Positions 12,350 through 24,590 of a stretch of 39,222 nucleotides of DNA are shown in pieces. Location: the NCBI RefSeq assembly GCF_006345805.1, contig NW_021835697.1, positions 1-39,222 on the forward strand, written 5' to 3'. A program made the position numbers and the translations under genes. The DNA comes from Octopus sinensis (taxonomy: Eukaryota). The notes under the pieces are model-generated. The model had not been told where the DNA came from, did not search any database, and worked only from the letters and a program-made list of their open reading frames with translations. Position 1 is the first letter of the stretch. Every line of letters starts with the position of its first letter.

Positions 12350-12600
12350 AGAAAAAAATTCTTAACATATAAACTGCATACTGTAACTGATATTGTTATT
12401 TGCGCCATAACTAGTTTGTCGAAATAGCATTAGAGCTTCAAAGCAATTTTGCAAGTCTATTACGTCTTTAGATAAATCTAAAGAAATAGTGTTTACATTA
12501 AGCTGAAATGAATTTAGAACCCACTCAGGTATTTTTAGCTCTTCAACTTCTTTAAGTCTACTTTCCGTGTCTTTATTCAATGATAACTTCCATTTAGTAA
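12350..12600 (-). mobile_element. Inverted second hAT C-terminal fragment
   Basis: Minus translation DTESRLKEVEELKIPEWVLNSFQ..DVIDLQNCFEA; about 79% identical over about 100 nt (hand count) to the + copy at 14505-14605. Confidence 0.85.
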
Positions 12601-13584
12601 TACTGGGTTGGCTAAAATAAAATGCAGGTTTTAAACCCAAAGTGATTGATTCTATCAATAATATTAATACGGTTTTTTTCCACTATCTTCTGCTATTTGT
12701 GGGTAGGTCTGTTATTCCCTTCTCAAACCTGTGTTTACTGGCAAAAACTCTCTCAGGTGAACTTTTAATTCCTCTTCAGAGTTGAATATTTGTTCATTCA
12801 ATGGAGTTTGAAGAAACCGAAACAGGAGGGAAAGCATAAGGTCGAGCGAATGTGTGAGTGGTGGTAGAAAATGGCCTTAGACAAACCCCCAGTAACCTCT
12901 GCCGCACCAGCAAAGAAGTGTGGGATTTTGCATTGTCGCGATGACAGAAAATACCCTGACGAGTAGTGAGGTGCCACTTGAGCCAAAAAGTTTCCCAATC
13001 GAAATCTGAAAAACCACACGTTCCTTGTCAACAGTCTCTCCATACCCAATACATATCTTTCTGCAAGATTCCTCCGCCTTCTTGTATTGTGGTCATTTTT
13101 AATTTTTAAAAAAGCATGAGGTGTCGATAATGTTCGTTTTTGTTCTCTATTTTCAGGGTGATCGAGGCGGCGAGCTGGCAGAAACGTTAGCGCGCCGGGC
13201 GAAATGCTTAGCAGTATTTCGTCTGTCGTTACGTTCTGAGTTCAAATTCCGCCGAGGTCGACTTTGCCTTTCATCCTCTCGGGGTCGATAAATAAAGTAC
13301 CAGTTTCGTACTGGGGTCGATGTAATCGACTTAATCCCTTTGTCATTCCTTGTGTGTCCCCTCTATGTTTAGCCCCTTGTGGGTAGTAAAGAAATATATT
13401 TTCAGTGTAATCTCATGTACACAAAATACGACATGCCTGGTCGGAAGTTTGCGTCGAACTATGATGAAGCTTCAAGTACCTAACAAGAGCACATGCGCAA
13501 AGGAAAGGCTGAAGTTTGGAAGTTAGAGTGTGTGAAGATTAATGACGGAAAAAAACCAAATGGATTTTTTGGCCAAACCTATTG
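12601..13584 (-). mobile_element. Internally deleted mariner/Tc1 element with both TIRs
   Basis: TIRs TACTGGGTTGGCTAAAA (12601) and TTTTTGGCCAAACCTATTG (to 13584); HTH N-terminus ENKNEHYRHLMLF..CRKIC..WFFRFRLGNF joined to catalytic C-terminus HRDNAKSHTS..FEKGITDLP. Confidence 0.85.
13166..13396 (+). mobile_element. SINE family B inserted in the mariner 5' region
   Basis: Full head, core and tail; 16-bp TSD TATTTTCAG(G/T)GT(G/A)ATC at 13148-13163 and 13397-13412. Confidence 0.95.
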
Positions 13585-14840
13585 TTCAGTCTCAGCCAGA
13601 ATCGATGAAATAGCAAACAAACTGTGTGATGATAAAAACAATTGGATTTTGTTTACAAATTAATGAAACACTCCATGATAATGAGACTGTTATGTTGGTT
13701 TATGTGTGCCTTATCAATACGCAGCAAGCGATCATTAAAGAGTTATTATTTGCTGAACAACTGGATACTGATACTTGAAGTTCAGCGATTTGCAAAACTG
13801 TGTAGAAATTTTTCAATGATAAAGCAATTGCTCTTACAAACATCATTGCATGTTCAACTGACGTGGTCTTTTCAATGATTGATCGCCGTCATGGATTTAT
13901 AATCAATTGAAAAGGAACAATTTTCAGTAATTCTACTGTTCACTGTGTTATTCGCAGACAATCTCAAAATATCTTAGAAAATTGTGTAATATTTTACACG
14001 GTGTATTCAACCAGTGAATATGAATAAAACTCACCCACTGCGCCAAATTTTGTCCATACACGAAGGGAACATGATTAAATGAATTTCAAATGGAAATTGT
14101 TTTCCATGTTTTTGTAAATTTTATGATGCAATTCTCGATTTTATTTTGCTTTTTATTTTGTTTTGTTTTTGTTTTATTTTGTTTGTTTGTTTTTACGTTG
14201 TGCACGAAGATCTTACAGATGTTAAAGACAGAAAAATATATGTTTTTCGAAATTTGCTATATTTTAAATAAATGAAATGACGTCAAAGTAATGAGACAAA
14301 ATTTCTTATGTTAACGTAAACGGAATATTAATGACGTTTATTAACAAAAGATCAATCTACAAAAATATTATAGCAAGTTGGAACTTCCATCACTTTTTCA
14401 CTCTCAAAGCATTTGCGGTAACATATGCTGATAATTTATGTTTAAAACAGATATCGAAGTATTCTGCTACTATCTTCATCTTCTAAAACTCAAGAAACTC
14501 CAAGTTACAGATGTTGAGGAACTAAAAATACCCGAGCGGGCTGTAAATCCATTTCAGGTTGTTGTAAACAGTACTGCTGTGGATTTTTCTCAAGACGTAA
14601 TACAAGGAAGCTCAGGTGCGATTCTGACATGATTAGAAAAAATTATGGTGTGCATAAAGAAGAAAAACAAATAAACCTGTCTTCACAAAGAAATAAAGAT
14701 TCAACCGTTGCTTTTCATTCTTCGTACCTAATTGAGAAAGGGTTAAGCATTGTGGTACAACTGTATGGTAAAAAATGAAGGATGTAAAAAGAAGAACTCG
14801 TACAAATATGTAAAAGAAGATACTTAAGATTCTGTCTGTC

Positions 14841-14950
14841 TGGATACAGGCATCCAGCAACAGGACCTCCGTAATGCTATGATGGACCGTGAAGTCTGGT
14901 GCAACATGGTAAATTCCATTGTCTCGACCACGGTCGAACAATGATGATGA
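14841..14950 (+). mobile_element. RTE LINE 3' end with (TGA)n tail inserted in the hAT ORF
   Basis: DTGIQQQDLRNAMMDREVW..SIVSTTVEQ*; 8-bp TSD TGTCTGTC at 14833-14840 and 14951-14958; the hAT frame resumes after it. Confidence 0.88.
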
Positions 14951-15032
14951 TGTCTGTCAAATATTGAACCTGATATATTCTTTTTAAATTAGAGAAATCT
15001 CATCAAACACAGTGTAGCGAGGTTTTATTTTA

Positions 15033-15057
15033 TTTTTATTATTATTATTATTATTAT

Positions 15058-15093
<36 letters not shown>

Positions 15094-15145
15094 CAGCAGC
15101 AGCAGCAGCAGTAGCAGTAGCAGCAGCAGTAGTAGCAGCAGTAGC

Positions 15146-15193
<48 letters not shown>

Positions 15194-15246
15194 TGTAGTA
15201 GTAGTATCATCATTATTATTATTGTTGTTGTTATTGTAGTTGTTGT
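15033..15246. repeat. Compound (ATT)(AGT)(AGC)(GTT) microsatellite
   Basis: Directly visible. Confidence 0.97.
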
Positions 15247-15639
15247 TAAAGGTCTTATTTAAAACTTTGGTTTGCACCCGTTTGTTGCCGTTTTTTTTTT
15301 TTTTTTTTCGTTTAAACATTGTTCCAGGGTTCCCGTGTTTGTTTAGTCCCTATCGAAGCTATATCCGCTACCAAATAAATTCTGTTTGCGCTTTAACCCA
15401 ATATAAATAAACAAGATAGCCAGGCGCATCTTGGAAGAGTTAACGAAAAAGAACTGCCCGCTCTTGAAGAAAATTTTTGAATGCTGAAGGTTTCGTCTCC
15501 TCTTCCCTCCGTTCGTTACTGACAACATTACAAGAGAGTGGGGGGAGAAAAGGAAAGGTAGAAAAAATTCAAGGTAGTAGCAGCAGTGAAAACATTGGCA
15601 ACAGTAGTGATAGGCATGATAGCGGCGGCGACAGCGGCG

Positions 15640-15645
15640 CCGACG

Positions 15646-15734
<89 letters not shown>

Positions 15735-15792
15735 TGTTGTTGTTGTTGTTGTTGTTGTTGTAGTAGTAGTAGTAGCAGCAGCAGCAGCAATA
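15640..15792. repeat. Compound (AGC)(AGT)(TGT) microsatellite
   Basis: Directly visible. Confidence 0.97.
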
Positions 15793-15844
15793 GCAACGCA
15801 CTTCAAGACAATGGATTTTTGGCGGAGAAAATAATACTATAATT

Positions 15845-18430
15845 GAAGGCGATGACAGCGGTGTGGAGAGTGGCAACGGTGGAAGTGGCCGCCACCATCA
15901 CTACCAACAGCAACAACAAAAACAGTAACGCAAAAGCAAGAGGTTTGCTGATGTAGCAAACACAATGAGAGAATTTACAATCCCTCTCGAGTACAAAATT
16001 CGAGAACTTTCAAAAGCAAAAGACATGGTCAAAGTTGACGGGCGTAAGGTATCAGTGCTTGTACTTCCCGAAATAACAGAGGCAAAAGAAAAAAAGCAGT
16101 ATATTTTGACTGCTTATCACGGAAAAGTAGATCCGAAATAGTGTCGAGAAGGCCCTCAGCGAAATTTTAAATGATGTGGCTCACATACAGAGAGCGAGGT
16201 AGTTTACCAGTATCGAGGTATTCTTTAAAAGTGAGGACCTCGCAGGAAGACACACAGTGTCACGCCGGTGGACTGAGGAGTGGGTCCTGTACCCCACTTA
16301 CCTCTCGAAGAGAACGACGACAATTAGGGTAAACGATGTACCACCAGGTATTAACGTCTGGTGGATCGTTGCCTGTGTGATGCAGGATCCAGAGTCACTC
16401 CTGGAAGTAAAAAGGAATAGCAGGGAGAACTGGTGCGGGATCAACCTGGAGATATTAATCCACGTAAAATCAGAGAATATCGTGAAGATCCAGGACCTGA
16501 TCAAGCTGCGCAACTGGGTGGGACTGTCGTCGTGGAAGGCAGAAAGCCTAGATGTGATACCTGTGGGGCTACAAGCCACCTGAGAGTCTTCTGCTCCCCA
16601 AAATTGGGATATATGCGGCTATACATGGAGCCTACAGCGCACCCCCAACAACAGAGACCTTTTAATAGAATTGCAGCTTCACCCTCAACAACAGAGGCAT
16701 GTGAACTCCATACAACGGAGAAAACCATCCAGGGTATCTGTCAAACCAGACCTCCCTTATCTCCCCTCTCAAGTATACGTTCACAAAAGCATACTCACGC
16801 TATCACAGACACACCCGCACTCCCCGAGGCTGGCCATACAGACACTTGCCACTATTCATCCCGTAGTGAAGACAAGGAAGAACACCACAAAAAAAAAACC
16901 AAAAGGGCAAAGAAAACAAAAAACAAAAGAACCTACATCAACACCCGAAAACACACAAACCCCACCTATTGATAGAAGTAGTATAAGGGCGCTGAACAGA
17001 AGGATCGGTTAAACGGCTCGGGCTCTGGTTTGATCCAGACTTCCAGGTGGACAAGAAATGGGGTAGGTGACCAGCAGGGCAGCCAATCTCCCCCAGAAAT
17101 TGGCAGAGAGGAAGCTGTCCCTCAAAGGCCGGATGGAGGTGGCTAATGCGTACTTTGCTTCCATCAGCTACTACCACCTGACCGTCGTCCCTAGCTTCAT
17201 TTCGTGCCTGATAAATTTGGAGCACGTGCTCTTCCACTTCGTATGGAAGGGACGTAATCCGTTCGTGAGACGATCCATCTGCTGTCAACAGCCGCTGAGT
17301 GGAGGACTGGGCATGCTGTGACTAATGATGCGCAGACATACGCTGAGGCTGCGACATCTCCAGCGTTTCCTCAACGGTGAGTATGTGTGATCGCCGTTCG
17401 TGAAAAGGGATTTTCCTCAGTTCATATTATTGATGGAGCTACAGTACTGGGCCAAACGCAGACCTAAAAAGGATGTTTGGCACCTGGAGTGTCGGCAAGC
17501 GCTCACAGCCTTCAGCCAGTTAGGCAACGCGGCCGGTGGAAGTTCCACCATGGAGTTCTATAGATGATTAGTGGAGGGAGTGATGATGTACTCAGGAAAA
17601 CTCTGGGCATCGAGAAGGATCAACTTACTGGTCTTTTCCGGAGGACTTTCGGTCCAGGGCTTATAGATAACTTCCAGAAATCCCTGGCCTGGCAGTACCA
17701 CCGGAGACATCTGCCAGTTCGATACAAGCTCTACAGACACGGAAGTGCTGTTAGACGGACTTATCCGAGGTATGCGCAAGGCGATGGAACTGTCCTGCAT
17801 GCACTCGTCCAGTGTCCGTGCATTACAGATCTGTGGAGCTTTGTCGGACAGTTGTTGTCACGTATTTAGTCAGATCCGATTGTTAGCCGAGTCTATTGTG
17901 AGAATTGCTCTGTCGCCTTCTTTTGGCAGGGAGGAAAAGGCAGTTTACCTCTGTCTAGTGGCTATAGCAAAAGAGATAAAGTGGTGGACGAGGCTGAAAG
18001 GACTGAAGACAGACACTTTCCTCTTCGGCTGACCCCTCGTTGACTTTTACAAGCTCCACTAGAAAAGGAAAGTGAGGTTAGAGAGGGTAGTATTGCACTC
18101 GCCCCATCCCGTAAGTTTCTTGAAAGGTGGGTGAATGTTGTGAAAATGGCTCGTGTGAATGGGTCTACTCTGAATATTTGTCTGTAAGCTGGAGCAGTTG
18201 AAGAGAAGAGGGGTACCAACCCGCGTGCCCTTGACAGTAGGGCTAGCCAGGATGTGTGAGGTACCATGGCAGGCCTTGGGTACAACTCTCCCATATTGGG
18301 GAATTTTGTTGTTTTAATTTTTTAAACTATATTTGTTTTTATTGTTTACACATTCTGTTTTAAACTCCACTCGACTCTTCTTTTCTATTGTCCCTAATTG
18401 TTTTGGGGTTCGGCCATTATGGCTAATAAA
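15845..18430 (+). mobile_element. Tx1/L1-clade LINE, internally deleted (ORF1 plus post-RT part of ORF2)
   Basis: ORF1 with CCHC knuckle CDTCGATSHLRVFC (16553-16594); ORF2 tail from about 17002 (VKRLGLWFDPD..RKLSLKGRMEVAN..FVWKG..GGLGM..TVLHALVQC) to stop at about 18188; T-rich 3' UTR with AATAAA near 18425. Confidence 0.9.
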
Positions 18431-18488
18431 GAAAGGATTATTATCATTACTACTACTACTACTACTAATACTACTACTACTACTACTG

Positions 18489-18521
<33 letters not shown>

Positions 18522-18547
18522 ATATTATTATCATCATTATTATTGAA

Positions 18548-18762
18548 GGCGGCGAGCTAGTAGAATCTTTAGCACGGCGGTCGAAATCCTTAGCGGTATT
18601 TTTGTTTGTCGTTATATCCTGAGTTCAAATTCCGCCGAGATCGACTTTGTCTTTCATCCTTTCAGAGTCGATAAATTAAGTACTAGTAAAACAGAGGGAT
18701 CGATGTAATCGACTTAACCCTCCCCACAAATTTGAGGCCTTGTGCCACCAGTAGAAAAGATC
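18548..18762 (+). mobile_element. SINE family B, variant with CCCCACAAATT..TAGAAAAG(ATT)n tail
   Basis: Same head and core as the other B copies, different 3' tail ending in (ATT)n. Confidence 0.92.
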
Positions 18763-18783
18763 ATTATTATTATTATTATTATT

Positions 18784-19337
18784 GAGTGAGCGAGCAGAGC
18801 ATGCCATCAAAGTGACACTGGGGTAAAATATACGAAGCCCAATATACCCATCATGACTACCCGTCTGATAAGGGCACACCAGGCACATGCATCACAACCA
18901 TATGTGCGCGGCATGGTGATCTCATATCAAGATAAACTGCACATGACCTTGCAGGTGGGGCCCAGTTAGAATTTTCTTCAGGTTGAGTAGCCCATCCCGC
19001 TCAAACGGTCCCTGAATAAGGGTTGTTTAAGGATGTTGAAAAGCCCACCCATGTCTCCAGAGGTGAATTATTCAAACCCCAAAGAATCCCTCTCAACACA
19101 TGGCTATGATGCTCCCCCACTACTTCTGCTCGTGATCAGAGATGCACATATCGTCAGCCACTAAGGGACATGCTCAACTGGTTAAGGTCAAACAACTGAC
19201 AAGCAAATCTGTGGTATTGAGCAGAATATTTGCTGTAGCTCATCTTTTATACCAAGACAGAACAATGTACATGATAACACTTCCAATCAGTTAAGATCAG
19301 AAGCCATGAGAGCCTCTGCCTGGTACTGCATCAGGGC

Positions 19338-19341
<4 letters not shown>
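18784..19341 (-). mobile_element. Unclassified ~550-bp interspersed repeat ('repeat C'), copy 1
   Basis: High similarity to 21292-21827; flanked on both sides by (ATT)n; no ORF recognised; strand inferred from the (TAA)n tail. Confidence 0.8.
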
Positions 19342-19404
<63 letters not shown>

Positions 19405-20657
19405 TACTTTTAATCTTCTTGTTTTTTACAATCACTCCCCGAGACACACCCAGCGTCCTAGGGCGAGTGAAGGATAAGCGATATTAGAGTATGACTGAAA
19501 GCTTGGGGAAGGGACGTGGTTGGGGAAGTAGCGAAATATCTTCATGTAATACAACATAGACATTTAAATTGATAGGATTTTTCTAAGGTTGTGAGCAGTA
19601 CTTATCAGCACAATCTTTTGGATTTCTCTCAGACATGGTTCTCCTCGGATATTATCTAGATGTTTCTGGCATCCTTTTCTTTTTTAGCATACCTATGGCA
19701 CCTACAATAACACACAGTTCTCGCTTTACGATGCCACATCTTTTGTATTTCAATTTCTAGGTCCTTATATTTACTTAATTTGTCAAATTCCTTGACAGGC
19801 ATATTTTTATCATTGGGAACACATATCTATTAGTCTACAAATATTTTCTTCCTATCTTTAATGACTATATCTGGCCGATTAGCCTGGATCGTTCTGTCAG
19901 TGTGACTGTAAAATCCCAGAGGATAATGATATTTTTACCTTCAACGACTAGCTGAGGTCGATGTTCATTCATACAAGTAAGCAGGAATGACAATTTTCTA
20001 GTGTTTACATATTTTCTAATGTAAATATTGTCCTACTCTACCGTGACGATTTTTGTATTCGTTTCGTGTCAGCACAGGACATCCTGATACGAGATGGTCT
20101 TTTGTTTCGTCAACTGCGACGCAGAATCTGCGTTATTCAGTCTTTGTTTTCAGCCACTGATGAGGTTGTTGCTTTGTCTACATCAGTATTTCGACTTCAC
20201 CGCTCCTCAATCTGTTTCTACGCATTCATTTTTGCAGTCTGTTTTTTTTTTGTTTTTTTTTTTTTGTAGCAGTAGGTTCAGATTCTTCATCTAATTCAAG
20301 GTTACTGCCATGTTCCCTTGTAAATCTGCAAGCTTTCGTATTTGCACACAAGCCGCAGCATCCAGTCCCCTGTACAAGATAAGTATCTGTTCCTTCCTAT
20401 TGTGGAGGTCTTACGCACAGTTCTACCTGCATCATTCCTCTTCCCCCATTACTTCAAGGTAGGTACAACCGATCAAAGTATGTTTTTGTGTGGTGGATGT
20501 TCTTAAATGTTAGGAGTTTCCATGTCTTCCTGTCCAGGCGTTGAACCTCTGTAAGATTCCAGTTAATTATGGTAAAACTATACTAGACACCAAGAGTGCC
20601 AGGGTGTTAATGTCTTCGGTGCGATTTTTGGAGCTGAGTGCAGTTTTTAGTATGAAT
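19342..20657 (-). mobile_element. 5'-truncated R4/Dong LINE with RLE endonuclease and (TAA)n tail
   Basis: Minus translation: ILKTALSSKN..INTLA..WNLTEVQRLDRKT..RLYLP..GGRG; DHLVSGCPVL..EYKNRH; LWDF..DRTIQANRPDIVIKD..KYKDLEIEIQKMW; tail at 19342-19404. Confidence 0.92.
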
Positions 20658-20699
20658 ATTATTATTATTATCATCATCATCATCATCATCATCATCGAA

Positions 20700-21082
20700 G
20701 GCGTCAAGCAGGCAGAATCGTTAGCACGCCGGACAAAAGGCTTAGCGGTATTTCGTCTGGCGCTACGTTCTGAGTTCAAATTCCGCCGAAGTCGACTTTG
20801 CCTTTCATCTTTCAGGGTCGATTAAATAAGTACCAGTAACGCACTGGGGTCGATGTAATCGACTTAAGCCGTTTGTCTGTCCTTGTTTGTCCTCTCTGTG
20901 TTTAGCCCCTTGTGGGTAGTAAAGAAATAGGTATTTCGTTTGTCGCTATGTTCTGAGTTCAAACTCCCCCGAGGTAAACTCTGCCTTTCATCCTTTCGAG
21001 GTCGATAAAATATGTATCAGTCAAGTACTGGGGTCGATGTGATCGACTTACCCTATCCCCACAAATTCTTATAGTACAAAGG
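20700..21082 (+). mobile_element. SINE family B dimer/nested pair
   Basis: Unit 1 ends AAAGAAATA (20929); unit 2 starts GGTATTTCGT (20930), repeating 20747-20756; unit 2 has the (ATT)n-type tail. Confidence 0.92.
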
Positions 21083-21126
<44 letters not shown>

Positions 21127-21150
21127 CATCATCCTCACAATCACCACCAC

Positions 21151-21201
<51 letters not shown>

Positions 21202-21215
21202 TATCATCATTATTA

Positions 21216-21251
<36 letters not shown>

Positions 21252-21291
21252 TATTATTATTATCATTATTATTATTATTATTATTATTATT
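21083..21291. repeat. (ATT)/(ATC) compound microsatellite
   Basis: Directly visible. Confidence 0.97.
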
Positions 21292-21827
21292 GAGTGAGTG
21301 AGAGAGCAGTGCATACCATCAAAGAGACTCTGGGGTAAAAATATACGAAGCCAAATATACCCATCATGACTACCCGTCTGATAAGGGTACACTAGGTACA
21401 TGCATCACAACCATATCTGCATGACATAGTGATCTTATATCAAGATAAACAGCCCATGACCTTGCAGGTGGTGCCAGTTAGAATGTTCTTCAAGTCGAGT
21501 AGCCCATTCCACTCAAAAATGTCCACGAAGAAAGGTTGTTTAAGGATGTTGAACGAAACAACCATGTTTCCAAGGGTGAATTATTCAAACCCCAAAGAAT
21601 CCCTCTCAACACATGGTTATGATGCTCCCCCACTATTTCTGATCGTGGTCAGAGATGCACATATCGTCAGCCACTAAAGGACATGGTCAACTGGTTAAGG
21701 TCAAACAAATGACAAGCAAATCTGTGGTATGGAGCAGAATATTTGCTGTAGCCCATCTTTTATACCTAGGCAAAGCAATGTACATGGTAACAATTCCTAT
21801 CAGTTAAGATGAGAAGCCATGAGAGCC
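21292..21827 (-). mobile_element. Repeat C, copy 2
   Basis: Colinear with 18784-19330, same orientation, starts at an (ATT)n junction. Confidence 0.8.
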
Positions 21828-21831
21828 ATTT

Positions 21832-22042
21832 CCGGCAAGCTGACGGATTCGTTAGCACGCCGGGCGAAATGCTTAGATGTGTTTCGTTTGTCGCTATGTT
21901 CTAAACCTAAATTCCGCCGAGGTCAACTTTGCCTTTCTTCCTCCCGAGGTCGATAAAAGAAGTACCAGTCAAGTACTAGGGCCGATGTTATCGAATTACC
22001 CCCTCTCCAAAAATTCCAGGCCTTGTGTCTATAGTAGAAAGA

Positions 22043-22043
<1 letters not shown>
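21832..22043 (+). mobile_element. SINE family B, (ATT)n-tail variant, diverged
   Basis: GTTAGCACGCCGGGCGAAATGC..AAATTCCGCCGAGGTC..GTCGATAAAAGAAGTACCAG; (ATT)n tail to about 22150. Confidence 0.9.
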
Positions 22044-22116
<73 letters not shown>

Positions 22117-22307
22117 CATCATCATCATCATTATTATTATTATTGTTATTATTTCTCCTTCTTTCTTCAAATTTTCTTCCGTTTCTCGCCGAGTGTTTTC
22201 CGTACATCTAGGGCAGAGAAGCTCATTGTATGCATTCCCAGATTACACACGCAAATTCACAGGTAAAATATGTATTTAAAAAATTAATGAATAAATAAAT
22301 TCATGAA

Positions 22308-22371
<64 letters not shown>

Positions 22372-23920
22372 GCTTTTTGGGAATATAATATTTCGTTGAT
22401 TATCTTAAATTATTTTACAAAATTATCTAAATGCTGCTACATATGCTTAATTCGTTAATATCATCTAGAAAGCTAATGATAGATTGTTTAAAATCTGTAT
22501 TGTAATGCATTTTGCTTTACATCTTTGCCATTTTTCGTGTTCTGGTATTAACTCTAAAATATATCTTATTATACAAGCACTCCATTCTTCAGTAATTTCT
22601 GCAAAAATTTAATATAGGAGACATTAATCCACACGAATATCTAAAACAAATTACATGCTGGTTGGGATAATATAAAATATGGTCAGCAAACAACTTTGCA
22701 AAATTAAATTGATTAAAATGATTCGCATTTTTCTTCTACAAAATGACAAATCAATTAAGAAGCACGAAAATGCTAAAGGCTTTGCACCTTAAATATTCGT
22801 AAATAAATACGTTATATATATATTGCATAATAAAATTTTCATTCCTTTAGGTTATGTTCAAATTTCGATCTACATCAACAATAGTTTAAATTCTGCTTCG
22901 AAATCTCTCGTTCAAAGAAAAAAATTTTACAATCTCAATTCTCTCCTTCAACAACATTTTTTTCTCGATTTCTATATACTCGTTTTTGGGGACTACAATA
23001 TACTAATTTTTTCTCTCTTAAATCGTTTCCTTTATTTTGCAGCAGGTACGATTCTTTTTCATTCGCAAATTTGTGGCAAAAATGCACAATAGAGAAAATG
23101 AGATGGATCAATGTCTTTTATTTTATTTTCATGTTAATATTTTTCATATCATTTCCATTCAGAAGCCTGTAGATCTTTTGTTTTGCTTCTTTATTTTTAT
23201 CTTTTTGCGTGTCAATAGATTGACAATTTACGATTCTTAGAATCGCAAATTGAAAAGTATCTAAAATCCATAAGGATTCAGCTTAAAAGATTTATATATT
23301 CTTTTAAATTGTGGGAATTTCTGATATTGAAAATACATGAAATCTTCCTACAATATTATTCTCTTTGCACAATGTGTAAATCTGAATCATTGATTTCTTT
23401 CTTTCTTTTCTTTTTTTTATGCTTTGGCGATATTTACGTCCAAGAACGTATGTTGGCTACTAAATAATATTTCGTGGTATCCAAGTATCATTGACTCTAA
23501 ATATATATCCAAATCAATCAGTATTGCTTTTAGCTCATCTACACAGCATTCTTGTTTCATACTTGTTTTCTTCTTTAATTCATTTTCTTTTTCTTTATCA
23601 ATAATATTAGTGATAATACGTTGAAGATAATGGAGTTCTTTGTATAGTTGTTGCTGTTAGTTTTAGCTGCACTAAAGTGAGGAGAGAACTATAGTTGCTC
23701 TCTGGTTTACTACAGAGATATTTGATACAATATAAATAACTAGGTTTCGTTATGTGACACATCGGCCTATGTTCTACAAATAAAAGAAATTTATTGGTGG
23801 GGAAAATGGAAGCAATCTCTAAAAGCATATCCAAAACCAAATTGGTCAAACGTATATAAGATATTGGTGGAGTTAGAAATATAACACAATATTATTATCT
23901 TGCGAATGTCAATGGAAATC
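22372..23920 (-). pseudogene. Possible decayed long coding region of unknown identity
   Basis: Several colinear protein-like stretches broken by stops and frameshifts (e.g. QQLYKELHYLQRIITNIIDKEKENELKKK..DELKAILIDLDIYLESMILGYHE; AEITEEWSACIIRYILELIPEHEKW); no motif recognised. Confidence 0.35.
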
Positions 23921-24110
23921 ATGAGAACAATTGTATAGTTATACCCTGAATAGACATACATGCATACATATATATGCATATATACACACACACATATATA
24001 TAGGTATATAAATATATCAGCGTGTGTGGATGTGTGAGTGTGTGTGTGTGTGTATATATATACACATGTATGTATATATATATATATTCATATATATATG
24101 TATGTCTATA

Positions 24111-24152
<42 letters not shown>

Positions 24153-24224
24153 CGTATGTATGCATGTGTGTGAGTATACAAACTAGCAGAGAAAAAGAAA
24201 AACAGAAAGGACGATAGATAGACA

Positions 24225-24590
<366 letters not shown>

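Larger units (their letters stand above)
11985..15025 (+). mobile_element. Decayed hAT (Buster/Charlie; ZBED5/SCAND3/FAM200-like) transposase, interrupted by several insertions
   Basis: BED region (KYG..LICEK..LETKHPE..EKGLIASY) at 11985-12345; DDE core (SARIDEIA..ELLFAEQLDTDT..IIACSTD..VHCVIRRQ) at 13590-14130; C-terminus (EELKIPE..NPF; SSYLIEKGLS; LRFCLS/NIEPDI; HQ) to about 15020. Confidence 0.85.

Noticed and set aside
12362-12658. 98-aa minus ORF as a single gene
   Set aside because: It is a chimera: it starts inside the mariner 3' end/TIR and runs into a hAT fragment.
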